Position numbers and translations under genes: made by a program. From the NCBI GenBank assembly GCA_000092065.1, contig CP000594.1: DNA of 64,000 nt; one strand, written 5' to 3'. Each line of letters starts with the position of its first letter. Within the stretch, counting starts at the first letter, position 1. Shown one piece after another: positions 50,200-60,759 of this stretch. Below the pieces are notes generated by a model. The model made no database searches, had not been told where the DNA came from, and worked only from the letters and a program-made list of their open reading frames with translations. This stretch comes from Ostreococcus lucimarinus. Its lineage: Eukaryota.

Positions 50200-53100
50200 C
50201 TAGTCTAGAGCGTCTAAAGCGGCGGCGACGCGGCGCGCGCGTTTGCGGTGTCGCGCGCGACCGGCGTCGCCGAGCGCGCGCGTGGCGTGGAGACGCGCCC
50301 AGGCGCGAGCGGCGGCGGCGCGGCGCGCGTCGAACGCGCGACGTTTCGCGTGCACGCGCTCGACTCGGAGGGTTTCGTCGGGGCCTTCGTCCACGGTGAT
50401 CACGCCGAGCGCGGGCGTCGCGCGGATGTCGTCGTTCAGGGTGAGTCGGGCGAGCGGGGGCGCGAGACGCGATCGTCCCGAAGCCGACTTCGCGGGAACG
50501 TTGAGGTTTTCAACCGCGTGTCGTCGATCGTCGTTTTCGTCTGCATCGGCGTCCACGGGAAAGGAGCCGATGTCTGCGATGACTTGCTTCACCGCGGTGG
50601 ACAATGTGGTAGGTTTGAAGGCGCGAGGTTCGCGCTCGCGCGCGATTCGGGCGTCTCTCGCTCCGGCGTGCGCGCCGGCGTCGAGCAGTCGCAATTCCAG
50701 CTTTGGTCCGTGCGTGCGCGTCTGCGTGCACGACATTTGAACCCATACCTTCTGGAGAAGTGCGTAAGAGCGCACGACGGTGTCGTCGCTCGAACGCACG
50801 ACATTCAAGGAATCACCCTCGACGCTCGTCGAGCGCCGCAACGTTTCGCCGGCGACGCCGACGACGGGCGTCGCTTGAAGCCACTGTTTCGCGTCTTTGT
50901 CGTCAGGATCTCGCGTCTCAAACGTGCTTTCTTTGAGTTCTTCGATGGCGTTCCCCGCGTCATCGACGAGCCTGATCGGGGCCTTCATGTGAAACGCCGG
51001 CAGGAACACCATGACGCCGTCGTCGCGAATCTCGTGCACCACGGCGGGCTCAATCATCGGCTTTTCGCGCAAAAGCCACAAAAGATAGATTTCTCCACAC
51101 CGTGATTGCGCGTGTTTTGACGCACGATTGCGCTCGTTCAAGTGTTGCGCCAGAGAGTCCAGATCACGCTCCGTCGCTCTCTTCTCCGCCTCGGCGACAT
51201 CCACGGCGGCGATGAGCTGACGATGCACGACAACATCCGCATATCGACGAATAGGAGACGTGAAATGCGTGTAATACGTCAACGCGAGACCGTAATGCCC
51301 GAACCCACCATCGGCACCGGAAATGGACCCAGAACTGATGTATTGCGCCTCTGACATCGCGCGCGTGGCCAATCCTCTGAACAGGGTCGTCACCTCTGGC
51401 TCGGACGTCGCGGCGACGCGCGCCAACGACGCGTTCAACGCCTCACCGCTCGAACCGTCGAGCTCGATGCCTTTCGCCGCAGCAAGTTTTGTGAGCTCTT
51501 CAAAACCACCTTCGCGAGGTGGCGCGTGGCGCCGAAGAAGCGCGCGGGATGGAAATGCGCGGTGCGTCGTTCGCGCCGCCGCGCTATTCGCCAAAATCAT
51601 CAACTCGGCGACGACGCGCATCATCGGCACTTCATCTTTTTGTAAAACCTCCGTCGGTGTCTTCGTTTGTGCGTCGGTTTCAAATCTCAACTCGGCGCTC
51701 TCGAGCTCTACAGCGCCGTGCGCGAGCCGAATGGCGTTCGTCTTGTTCGCAAACGCCACGAGCGTTTGCAAATCCCCGCGAACGAGTTCGCGCTCTACGG
51801 CGTCAAACGTATCGCTCGAGTCACCGTGCGGCAGCGGTTGTCCGTCGTGAATCGCTTGGGCTTGGTAATACGTCATTTGATGTCTCGAATGGATCACCGT
51901 GCGACCGAGCCAAACGTCGACGACGTCGAGATTCCTATCGAGCGTCCAAACGCAACTCACCGCGAGGCGATCGCGTCGTTCCAACAGCGACGCCAAATTT
52001 TCGCTCAATAAGCTCGGAAGCATGTCCAAACGGCGATCGACCAAATACACCGTCGTTCCACGCATTTGTGCCTCGTGATCGAGCAACGTTCCGGGGCGCA
52101 CGAAGTACGACACGTCCGCGATGTGAACGCCGATTTCGACGCGATCGGCTGAGACGTGCACGCTCAGCGCGTCGTCGACGTCGGTACATCCCGGGGGATC
52201 TATTGAACACGCTCTGTGATGGCGCAAGTCTCTCCTTTTCTCGATTTCTTCTTTGGGCACCATCCAATCGGCGCCTTCGCGCGGGAGCTCCGCGAGCGCA
52301 CGCGCGCCAAACGGCTCCGCGGGAATGTCGTAACGCGCCAACAGCGCCGCCATCTCGCCGTCGACCTCTCCCACGCCACCGAGAATTTTCACCAAGTGTC
52401 CGCTCGGGTAGCGCTGATTCGCCAGCCAGCGATCGATGCGCACGATGAAGCGCTGACCGACCAAGTCCCGCGCGCGGCGTGTCAAGAGTTTCACTTTGAC
52501 GATTTTTGAATCCATCGGCACGCAGAGCGCGCCGTTTCGTTCGCCGCGCGCGTCGCTCTTCAAGTCTTCCTCATCCACGACATCCAAACACGCCACGACG
52601 TCCAGCGTGGCGCGATGCGTGATGCCCACGACTCGTCCCGTGCGAACCTTTGACGTCGTCGTCGTCTGGTCGCCGTCTTCGAGCGTCACCGACGTCGCCG
52701 TCGCCGCGCGCCACTCGTCCTCGGGACAAATCTCCACCGCCACCGAGTCCCCATGAATCGCTCGATTCATCGCGTGTTTCGACGGTATGAGCACCCCATC
52801 GACGAACCCTTCGCACACCGCGCCTAACCGTTGCACTCGAAGCGCGCCGAGGACGATCGTCCCCGCCGCCGCGCCCTCGGCGATTTCTCCCTCGCTCCGG
52901 TGCGCGTCGTACGACGTCCCCGCTCCCGCGTTCCCGCCCGCGTCCTCCGCGTCCGCCCCGTCCGCCGCCACCGCCGCCTCGTACGCCTCGCGCGCGATTT
53001 CTCGACCCTCTCCGTCGCAGTACGCGTCGATGAACGCCTCGACGCTCAGCACCTCGACGTTCGCGTTCGCGTTCGCGTTCGCGTTCGCGCGTCCCGCGAG

Positions 53101-53571
53101 CGCGTCCGACGCCACCACCACCGGAAACTTCCCTCCGACCTTCTCCGCGTAATACGCCGCCACCGCCACTTCCCTCGACGCGAACGCGCCGTCGCCCGAC
53201 GTCGCGCGCGCGATCTCCGCGCAGTGTTCGTCGTCGAAGACGAAGGCGCCGCCGCGCGCCGTCCCGCCGCGCGCCGTCCCGCGCGCGCGCCGCCCACCGC
53301 GCCCGACGCGCGTCGATCGCAGCGCGATCACGTCGCGCGCGCACCGCGGATCGCTGAAAACGTCTCCGTGCGCGCGCCAGGCGGCGGCGTCCGGGACGAC
53401 GTAGCACCGCGCGCCGTCGTCGGCGCTCGCGAGCGCGGCGGCGCAGCCGCGCGCGAGGTTGAGCGCGCGGTGACGCGCGCACTCGGCGCTGCCGCACGCG
53501 ACGTCGTCGCGGGCGTAGGTTTCGCGCGCGCGACGACCGGGTTCGCGGCGCGCGCGCGCGTCGCGCGACAT
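50200..53571 (-). CDS. DIS3: exosome catalytic subunit DIS3/RRP44-like 3'-5' exoribonuclease (CR3-PIN-CSD-RNB-S1)
   Basis: N-terminal CR3/PIN-like region (RDDVACGSAECARH…CYVVPDAAAW…VVVASDA). RNB catalytic motifs DPPGCTDVDDALS, HIADVSYFV and RGTTVYLVDRRLDMLP. C-terminal S1-like domain. Start taken at ATG 53569-53571 (MSRDARARREPG…); the upstream 33 aa of the track ORF are Arg-rich. Confidence 0.8.
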   Translation of the reverse strand: MSRDARARREPGRRARETYARDDVACGSAECARHRALNLARGCAAALASADDGARCYVVPDAAAWRAHGDVFSDPRCARDVIALRSTRVGRGGRRARGTARGGTARGGAFVFDDEHCAEIARATSGDGAFASREVAVAAYYAEKVGGKFPVVVASDALAGRANANANANANVEVLSVEAFIDAYCDGEGREIAREAYEAAVAADGADAEDAGGNAGAGTSYDAHRSEGEIAEGAAAGTIVLGALRVQRLGAVCEGFVDGVLIPSKHAMNRAIHGDSVAVEICPEDEWRAATATSVTLEDGDQTTTTSKVRTGRVVGITHRATLDVVACLDVVDEEDLKSDARGERNGALCVPMDSKIVKVKLLTRRARDLVGQRFIVRIDRWLANQRYPSGHLVKILGGVGEVDGEMAALLARYDIPAEPFGARALAELPREGADWMVPKEEIEKRRDLRHHRACSIDPPGCTDVDDALSVHVSADRVEIGVHIADVSYFVRPGTLLDHEAQMRGTTVYLVDRRLDMLPSLLSENLASLLERRDRLAVSCVWTLDRNLDVVDVWLGRTVIHSRHQMTYYQAQAIHDGQPLPHGDSSDTFDAVERELVRGDLQTLVAFANKTNAIRLAHGAVELESAELRFETDAQTKTPTEVLQKDEVPMMRVVAELMILANSAAARTTHRAFPSRALLRRHAPPREGGFEELTKLAAAKGIELDGSSGEALNASLARVAATSEPEVTTLFRGLATRAMSEAQYISSGSISGADGGFGHYGLALTYYTHFTSPIRRYADVVVHRQLIAAVDVAEAEKRATERDLDSLAQHLNERNRASKHAQSRCGEIYLLWLLREKPMIEPAVVHEIRDDGVMVFLPAFHMKAPIRLVDDAGNAIEELKESTFETRDPDDKDAKQWLQATPVVGVAGETLRRSTSVEGDSLNVVRSSDDTVVRSYALLQKVWVQMSCTQTRTHGPKLELRLLDAGAHAGARDARIAREREPRAFKPTTLSTAVKQVIADIGSFPVDADADENDDRRHAVENLNVPAKSASGRSRLAPPLARLTLNDDIRATPALGVITVDEGPDETLRVERVHAKRRAFDARRAAAARAWARLHATRALGDAGRARHRKRARRVAAALDALD

Positions 53572-53733
53572 CGCGCGAGGCGCGGTGCGCGGCTCGGGAC
53601 GCCGACGCGCCGCGAACGACGCGACGCGACGCGACGACGCGCGTTCGCGCGCGCGCGCGCGCGCGCACATCTATAATCTACGTTACACTTCGCCGCGCGC
53701 CGACCCGCGTCGCGCGCGCCGTCCGCGTCTAAA

Positions 53734-54441
53734 TCACGTCCCGCGCGCGCAGCTCGCGAGCGCCCGCGCGGCGCCGCGCGCCGCCCCTTCGAACGGATTC
53801 AACCCGCTCTCACCGCGTCGCCACGCCTCGACGGCGCTCTCACCCCTCGCGTACATCGCCATTCGCCCCCACGTCGTCACCACGCGCCCCGAGCCGCGAT
53901 GCACGACCGCCACCGTCGGCAGCGTCGTCGCGCCGAGCGCTCTCAAGATGAAATTCGTCTCGCGCGCGCGCGAGTACGACGCGTCCCCCTCCCGCGCCTC
54001 CGCCGCTCGCAGCGTCTCGTCCCGCGTCCCGCTCGCTTCCACCGCTCTGTCCACGCACTCGTACCCGTTGTTCGCGTCGCACGCGATCAAGACGACGTCG
54101 CACGCGTCGCGCCGCGCCGCCGCGAGCGCGACGACGCGCGGCGCGAACGCGCGACACGCCCCGCAGTCGTCCCTCGTGAAGCACGCGACGAGCAGCGGTC
54201 GCGTCGCCTCGGACCCGCTCGAGAGATTCACCGCGCGTCCGCGCGCGTCGACGAGCGGGAGATTCGCGAGCGCGGCGGCGACGTCGCGCGTCCCGTCGTC
54301 GTCGTCCGTCATCGCGAAGCAATCATCGCGACGCGTCGCGTCGTCGCGCGTCCCGACGCCGCGACACGCCGCGCACGCCGCGAACCCATCGCTCGCGCAC
54401 GTCGCGCCCGTGCCCGCGCACGCGTCGCACGCGCGCGCCAT
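53734..54441 (-). CDS. thioredoxin-fold protein (nucleoredoxin/tryparedoxin-like) with CGAC active-site motif
   Basis: [28 protein letters not shown]…[23 protein letters not shown]…[12 protein letters not shown] fits the Trx-like pattern Φ-Φ-FSA-WCxPC…vvfvS.D…iPtl. ATG at 54439-54441. Confidence 0.45.
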   Translation of the reverse strand: MARACDACAGTGATCASDGFAACAACRGVGTRDDATRRDDCFAMTDDDDGTRDVAAALANLPLVDARGRAVNLSSGSEATRPLLVACFTRDDCGACRAFAPRVVALAAARRDACDVVLIACDANNGYECVDRAVEASGTRDETLRAAEAREGDASYSRARETNFILRALGATTLPTVAVVHRGSGRVVTTWGRMAMYARGESAVEAWRRGESGLNPFEGAARGAARALASCARGT

Positions 54442-54483
54442 TTGTGTGACGACGCGCCGTGTGACGCCAGACCGCGACGCGTC

Positions 54484-54690
54484 ATGGAAGTCGCCGACAT
54501 CGCCGTCAAGCCCGTGCGCGACTTCGCGCGCGACAGCGCGCGGCTGGTGAAGAAGTGCGCCAAGCCCGACGCGCGCGAGTTCTGGAAGATCGCCGCGCGA
54601 ACGGCGACGGGGTTCGTCATCATGGGATTCGTGGGATTCTTCGTCAAGCTCATCTTCATCCCGATCAACAACATCATCCTGAGCAGCTGA
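54484..54690 (+). CDS. SEC61G: protein translocase subunit Sec61 gamma
   Basis: 68 aa: [68 protein letters not shown]. Near-identical to Sec61gamma consensus. The upstream 195 aa of the track ORF are an antisense artifact. Confidence 0.85.
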   Translation: MEVADIAVKPVRDFARDSARLVKKCAKPDAREFWKIAARTATGFVIMGFVGFFVKLIFIPINNIILSS

Positions 54691-55196
54691 GCGCGCGCGA
54701 AGACGACGGCGGAGTAGCGCGTTTACGCTACGCGGATCGCGCGCGCGCGACGGGGCGCGCGCGGCGCGCGACGTCGGACGGGAGAGACGCGCGGACGGGA
54801 GACGCGCGATCGAGACGACGGACGCATCTCGTAAACGCGCGATCGGCGACGACGCGACGGCGCGATCGGGGACGACGCGACGGCGGAGCGGTCGCGCGAT
54901 GACGGCGGCGCGGACGCGCGACGATCGCGGCGACGCGCGACGCGAGGGTTGTAAGGATGTCTTAGGTCACGACTGCATGCCCGCGCGACGCGCGCGCGAC
55001 GCCGTCTCGCGGCGCTCGAGACGCCGCAGAGCGCGACTCGACGCGAACGGCGACGCGCGCGACGCGCGAACGCGAGGGACGCCGACGCGAACGCGCGACG
55101 CGCGACGCGCGCGGGACGAGACGCGACGCGCGAGCGACGCGGACGCGCGATCGACGACCGAACGCGTCAACACCCTTCGACGACCGCGGCGAGAAG

Positions 55197-58100
55197 ATGG
55201 CGCGCGGTGAGCGCGCGCCGCTGCTGGCGCGAGGCGAAGACGTCGAGCGCGGACTTCGCGATGACGACGCGGCGATCGGCGCGGCGGACGCGTCGAAAGG
55301 CGCGAGAGAGGGACGCGAGGGACGGGGAAGGACGCGGACGACGGCGCTGGCGCTGGGCGGATGCGCGGCGCTCGCGAGCGTCGCGGCGTACGCGATGACG
55401 GCGGGTTCGGGGTCGAAGGCGACGATGACGGCGAGCGGTGCGAGCTTGGGGGAGCGATTCGCGGCGAATCGGGCGCAGATGGTGGCGAGACGACGACAGG
55501 CGCGCGCGCGGGCGAATCGTAAACGCGCGGCGAACGAGCGAAGGATGAAGGCGGAACGCGAAGAAAAGGTGAATGAGGTTTTGATGACGCTCGCGAAGGA
55601 GAAGCCGGAAGACGCGAAGACGATGGTGGAGAATGCGATCGAGCGATGGGAGGCGAAGCAAGCGGCGCGAGCCAAGGCGAGCTTGGGCGAAGACGAACGG
55701 GCGCCGAAGCGGCGCGCGTCGCGTCGACGCGAACGACGCGAACACGCGCGCAGAAGCACCACGAAAGGACGCCGTGCTCACGTGGCCGAGGCGCGTATGG
55801 GCGTGGGCGCTGAGACGTCGGTGGAGAGTCTGTCCCGCGGAGACGCCGCCGTGCGAGCCAAGGGTGAAGAAAAAATTCGGCAAGTCGAGGACGAATCCGA
55901 TGAGCTCATCACTGAAATCAGTTCTTCCGTGGTCAAGCGCGTAGGAAAGATTAAGGCTGCAGCCGAGGCCGAAGGCTCGGAACAAGCGAGAGACGCCGCG
56001 CGAGCCGAGGCCGAGAAGTTTGTACAGGCGGCGAACGAACGCATCGAACGCATCGAAGAAAAGACGGCGACGCGCGTATCGATGATCAAGGATCTGACGA
56101 TGCAACACATGTCGTATGACGGTCGTAACGCGTACTCGGCGCAAGTGGGCCAGAGTGAGGTGGCCAACATGGGTGAATCCGAAACGAACGATCCTGACTC
56201 CGCCGACGAGCAAGAAGACGACGAGGACGAGGACGAGGAGTTGGTCGAAGATTTGCTGGCGGATGGCGAACAAGAACAAGAAGAACAAGAAGACGCTGGT
56301 AGTGGCAATCAGGTTGTGCCGGGGACGGCGACGGAGACGGAGACAGGGAGTGACGAAGAAGACGAGGCCAACGAAGCAGCCGAAGAAGAAGAAGAAGATC
56401 ATGAGATCAACAAGCTGTCCAACGTCGAACTCATTCAGTTATTGGATGACAAACTCGATAACCTGGAACAGAGTAACGAAGACTTCAAATCGGCGATTAC
56501 TGAGCAAATCGAAGGCTTGTCGACAAGAATGTCTAACCTCGAGAATTCATCGGAGGAGCTGCAGGACGACGTCACGGAGATGGCGCTCGACGAGCACTAC
56601 GACAACGACGAGGACGGCGACGGCGACAGCGACAGCGACAGCGACGAGGACGGCGACGAGGACGGCGACGGCGACGGCGACGGTTATCCCAGAGACGAGA
56701 CCATCGACGGCAACTACCCCACCGGGAACGGTAAATATCCCGCCGATAGCAACGGCAACTATCCCACCGCCCAAACCGTCACCGTCGATGAAAACGCCTT
56801 GAGCATCAGCGCGGTCAATGACCAAATTTCCAATCTCACGGCGCAGCTTCAGAACGCCACCGCCGCCGCCGCGCAAGCGCAAGCGACTCAGGAACAATTG
56901 GATCAGACGCGAGCTGAGCTTGCGGCGGCGCAAGCGCAGCTTAACGCTCGTTACTTCGATTTGGACGTTTTCCGTAGGCGTCCGGTCGGTCTCGAACCGG
57001 ATTTCCAAACCAGTGACCCGACCGCGGAATCTGGCGCATTTTACGCTTGCGACGTGCAAAATCAATGCATGACGGGCGCGACGCTTTTGACACGTAATAA
57101 TAAGTTGCTCGCGATGAAGGGCGTGTGCGACAACGGCGCGAAGTCGACGGATTTGTCTTCAGGATCCTATGAAATGTTCCCGACGCACGGTACGATTGAC
57201 TTTTCGTCGACGGACACCGACAACGAGTGCACGATGGAATTCGGTGAAAACTCGCGGTCGGTTTGGATTCGCAAGGAAAATGATTTTGTCATCGCCATGT
57301 CCAAGGACGGCTCCGCACACACGCGGTGTGGTCGCGATGTCGCGAGCGCGTCTTCCATCAAGTATCAGTGCCAAAATCCGAAAGCGTGCATCACGGGATA
57401 TCACATCAAGAATCAGTACGGCAACTTCGATGGCGACGCGAGCACACGCACCGAAGAAGACTTGGCTATATCCGTCGTTGATTTCGTGTGCTCCGACGGC
57501 AGTTTCGCCGTCGACCCGGTTTCACTGCGACCGGATTACGGCCAAATTAGAGTTGAACCAGAATTTACCATTGGCTTGGCGAACACGCCGCGAAAGGATG
57601 GTTCGGTCAGGCGCACGGTGACGCCGTATTTGCGACTCAAGACGAATACGGTAGTGAGCGATTCGTTTCTCTTGGCTGTTCGCGTCCGCGACGTGACCGC
57701 GTTGACCGAACAAGAGAAACACGGTTGGTGTACGCAACAACACGTGCAAGCGCACCTAAACGCTCCGCACACGTGCAAAGATGGAAGCAAGCTGTGCGCG
57801 AAGCCGGCGTTTGTGTTCAACCCAGGCGGATCAGAGTATGAGTTGAAATTTGGCGAACAGACGTTCGATCTTCTCGACGCCCAAGCGCACGAATCCGCGC
57901 GCATCGTCGTTGAGAACGAAGACCAAGCAAACGACGCACGCGTCAAAAACTTTCCGATGCCGGCGAATGAGGAATTCTTCATGTTTGGTCATCACTACGA
58001 AGTGTGCGTCGCCGCCATCGAGCGTTCGAGCTTCAAAACTAAAATCATCGACCCAAGCACGGGCGCGGTGAAGGATTCGTTCTACAATCGCCACCTCGAC

Positions 58101-58466
58101 GGTTCCGCGCACCTCGTCGGCTTGGCCACGACGGGCGAGCTCTCCGTCACCATGGAAGGGGGACCGAGACACTTCAACATCGTCGCTCCAGCGGCGCCGA
58201 CGACCGCTGATTTACAAAATCTTCAGTGTTACGACAACGATTGCGCCATTTCGGGCGGTGTCGCCCCGGTGGTGAGCGCGCAGAGCCAAGTGTCGCCGCA
58301 ACCGACGCCGCAACCGACGCCGGCGCCGCAACCGACGCCGCGACCGAACGACGGCGTCGCGACGCTCGCCAAGGAATCCGCGCAGCAAAAGACGCACGTC
58401 ACCACCGTCCTCGACGCGCGCAAAGCGCTCGAAGCGCGTCTCCAAGACGCGCAGCGGCGCCATTAA
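55197..58466 (+). CDS. hypothetical membrane protein (1089 aa): N-terminal TM, acidic/coiled-coil middle with (DGDGDSDS)n, Cys-rich C-terminal domain
   Basis: ATG at 55197. TM-like segment TTALALGGCAALASVAAYAMTAG. A long E/D-rich region follows (the (GACAGC)n repeat at 56625-56645 encodes DGDSDSDSD). C-terminal ~450 aa has ~20 Cys (YACDVQNQCMTG…CDNGAKS…ECTMEF…RCGRD…YQCQNPKACITGYH…). Ends with a PQPTPQPTPAPQPTP linker. Confidence 0.45.
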   Translation: MARGERAPLLARGEDVERGLRDDDAAIGAADASKGAREGREGRGRTRTTALALGGCAALASVAAYAMTAGSGSKATMTASGASLGERFAANRAQMVARRRQARARANRKRAANERRMKAEREEKVNEVLMTLAKEKPEDAKTMVENAIERWEAKQAARAKASLGEDERAPKRRASRRRERREHARRSTTKGRRAHVAEARMGVGAETSVESLSRGDAAVRAKGEEKIRQVEDESDELITEISSSVVKRVGKIKAAAEAEGSEQARDAARAEAEKFVQAANERIERIEEKTATRVSMIKDLTMQHMSYDGRNAYSAQVGQSEVANMGESETNDPDSADEQEDDEDEDEELVEDLLADGEQEQEEQEDAGSGNQVVPGTATETETGSDEEDEANEAAEEEEEDHEINKLSNVELIQLLDDKLDNLEQSNEDFKSAITEQIEGLSTRMSNLENSSEELQDDVTEMALDEHYDNDEDGDGDSDSDSDEDGDEDGDGDGDGYPRDETIDGNYPTGNGKYPADSNGNYPTAQTVTVDENALSISAVNDQISNLTAQLQNATAAAAQAQATQEQLDQTRAELAAAQAQLNARYFDLDVFRRRPVGLEPDFQTSDPTAESGAFYACDVQNQCMTGATLLTRNNKLLAMKGVCDNGAKSTDLSSGSYEMFPTHGTIDFSSTDTDNECTMEFGENSRSVWIRKENDFVIAMSKDGSAHTRCGRDVASASSIKYQCQNPKACITGYHIKNQYGNFDGDASTRTEEDLAISVVDFVCSDGSFAVDPVSLRPDYGQIRVEPEFTIGLANTPRKDGSVRRTVTPYLRLKTNTVVSDSFLLAVRVRDVTALTEQEKHGWCTQQHVQAHLNAPHTCKDGSKLCAKPAFVFNPGGSEYELKFGEQTFDLLDAQAHESARIVVENEDQANDARVKNFPMPANEEFFMFGHHYEVCVAAIERSSFKTKIIDPSTGAVKDSFYNRHLDGSAHLVGLATTGELSVTMEGGPRHFNIVAPAAPTTADLQNLQCYDNDCAISGGVAPVVSAQSQVSPQPTPQPTPAPQPTPRPNDGVATLAKESAQQKTHVTTVLDARKALEARLQDAQRRH

Positions 58467-59063
58467 AGTAGCCCCATTAAAGTACCCTTGTAACGCGTCG
58501 ACGCCGCCGCGTCCCGGTAGGGCTACACCACAATCCAACGCATCGCCGCGTCACGATCCGCCGCGCGGTGCGTCCTCGACCGCGCGCCTCGACCTCGATC
58601 TCGACCTCGACTCGACCTCGACCACGACCAAGTCAGCTGCCGACGGTCGCGACGCTCGTCGTCGCACCGCCACCCGTCGGCGCGTTACGCTCGTGGGACA
58701 ACGAATGCCGAATGCGACCGAACGCGCGCGTCGTTCTGACGCGCGTCGTCCTCGGAAGCGCGGCGCACTCGCGCGTGCGCTCGGACGTCCGCGTGCGCGC
58801 GGACGCGCCGAGCGACGCGCGGGACATCACATCGCGACGCGCGCGTCTCGCGCGGGACGGGGACGACGACGAAACGCTCGACTGACGCGCGGGACCGGAC
58901 TCGGGTTTTTACGACGCTTCGCAGGGACGGACGCGCGCGATGACGTCGCGACGGGCGCGGTGAATCGTTCACACTGTGAATCGTTTAAACAGTGTTGTTG
59001 TAATTTTACAAAGTGTTGTGCGGTGATAAAACTAAACCGAGACGACGCGCGTCGACGAACGAG

Positions 59064-60649
59064 TTACGCCGTGATTTTTTCCGACGGGGAAGAAGAAAAC
59101 TGAGAGATTCTTTCTTCGAGGAGAGGGCGGAAATGGCGAATCACTCCTTGTATCGGCCACGCAGCGGCATCGCCGAGAGCCTGAGGAATCACGACGCAAA
59201 GAGGCGCACGAGGTCAGTCAGTCGATCCTTTTTTGGGAAAAAAAAATGAACGCGCGGAGGAATCGTCGACGGACGTACGCAAATAGTGTGCCCTTCGATT
59301 TGTTTCGTGAGCTCCTGTAATGTGTCAATCTCTTCGAGACGCGCGTCGCCCTTGACCATGCGTTGCATGATGTTGTACAACCACGACGTCCCTTCGCGGC
59401 AGGGCGTGCACTGGCCGCACGATTCGTGCTTGTAAAAGTAACTCAAACGCGCGATGGCGTCGATGACGTCGGTGGATTTGTCCATGACGATCACCGCCGC
59501 GGTCCCGAGACCGCTCTGGGCTTCTTTCAAAGAGTCAAAATCCATCAACACGTCTTCGCACACGTTCTTGGGAATGAGCGGTACTGAGGATCCGCCGGGG
59601 ATGACGGCTAAGAGGTTGTCCCAACCGCCTCGCACGCCGCCGCAGTGCTTCTCGATGAGGTCTCGCAAAGGAATAGACATCTCTTCCTCCACCGTGCACG
59701 GGTTGTTGACGTGCCCAGAGATGCAAAACAACTTCGTACCGGCGTTATTCTTTCGACCGAAGGAGGCGAACCAATCCGCGCCTCGGCGCAAAATCGTCGG
59801 CGCCACGGCGACGGTTTCGACATTCGTCACCGTCGTCGGGCATCCGTACAGGCCGACGTTGGCGGGGAACGGCGGTTTCAACCTCGGTTTGCCCTGTTTA
59901 CCCTCTAAAGACTCGATCAAAGCCGTCTCTTCGCCGCAAATATACGCCCCAGCGCCGTAGTGAATGTTGACGTCGAAATCCATCCCGCTTCCGCACGCAT
60001 TCTTCCCCAAATATCCCGCCGCGTAACACTCCGCCAACGCCCGTTCCAGCGCCAACCGTTCGTTCACATACTCACCACGAATGTAAATGTACGCCGCACG
60101 CGCCCGCATCGCCGTCCCCGCGATCAAGCATCCCTCCAACAACTTGTGCGGGTCGTGTCGCATGATTTCCCTGTCCTTGCACGTCCCCGGTTCGCTCTCA
60201 TCCGCGTTCACCACGAGATAATTCGGCCGTCCATCGCTCACCCTCGGCATGAACGACCACTTCAGCCCGCTCGGGAACCCCGCGCCGCCGCGTCCGCGCA
60301 ATCCGCTCGCCTTCATCTCGCTTATTATCCAATCCGCCCCGAGTTCCACGAGCGACTTCGTGTTGTGCCAGTCCCCGCGCTTCATCGCGCCCTTCAGGAA
60401 CGGATCGTGCTTCCCGTACAGGTTGGTGAAGATGCGATCTTGGTCCTTCAAATCACCGTGCGCGCGCTCGCTCGAGTACGCGCGATGCGGTCGCGTTCGC
60501 GCGGCGACGGTGCGATGACCCTGGATCGTCGGTTTCGTCGTCGTTTCGCGCGCGCCATCGACGCCGTGCGCCGCGGAGGCGTCCGCGAGCGCGACGGCGC
60601 GAAGGGTGAGGGTTTTTGTCAGCCGCTGGCGCGTCGCGGAGGCGAGCAT
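59064..60649 (-). CDS. NDUFV1: NADH dehydrogenase [ubiquinone] flavoprotein 1 (51-kDa subunit of complex I), mitochondrial
   Basis: complement(join(59064..59180,59279..60649)). [41 protein letters not shown]…EGHTIC then donor |GTACGT. A 98-nt intron runs to acceptor gattcctcag. The last exon [38 protein letters not shown] matches the canonical NDUFV1 C-terminus. The track ORF tail [14 protein letters not shown]… is intron read-through. The track start 60694 is TTG; the first ATG is 60647-60649 ([10 protein letters not shown]…, presequence). Confidence 0.9.
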
Positions 60650-60759
60650 GGCGTCCGAGCGCGCGCGCGTCGCGCGATGACGCCGTACAGTCAACTAGGT
60701 TTGGTGCGGCGTGAAATTTCACTTCAAACAAACGCCGCGCCGACGAAAGGACGACGGAA

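Noticed and set aside
52571-53676. Arg-rich ORFs on both strands over the 5' third of DIS3
   Set aside because: They overlap the CR3/PIN-coding region, which has specific DIS3 similarity. Their translations are poly-Arg/Gly.
58960-59000. Small hairpin (cacactgtgaatcgtttaaacagtgtt) in the convergent 3' region between the 55197 gene and NDUFV1
   Set aside because: A 6-7-bp stem in AT-richer 3'UTR sequence, expected by chance. No tRNA or snoRNA features such as T-loop GTTCGA or box motifs.
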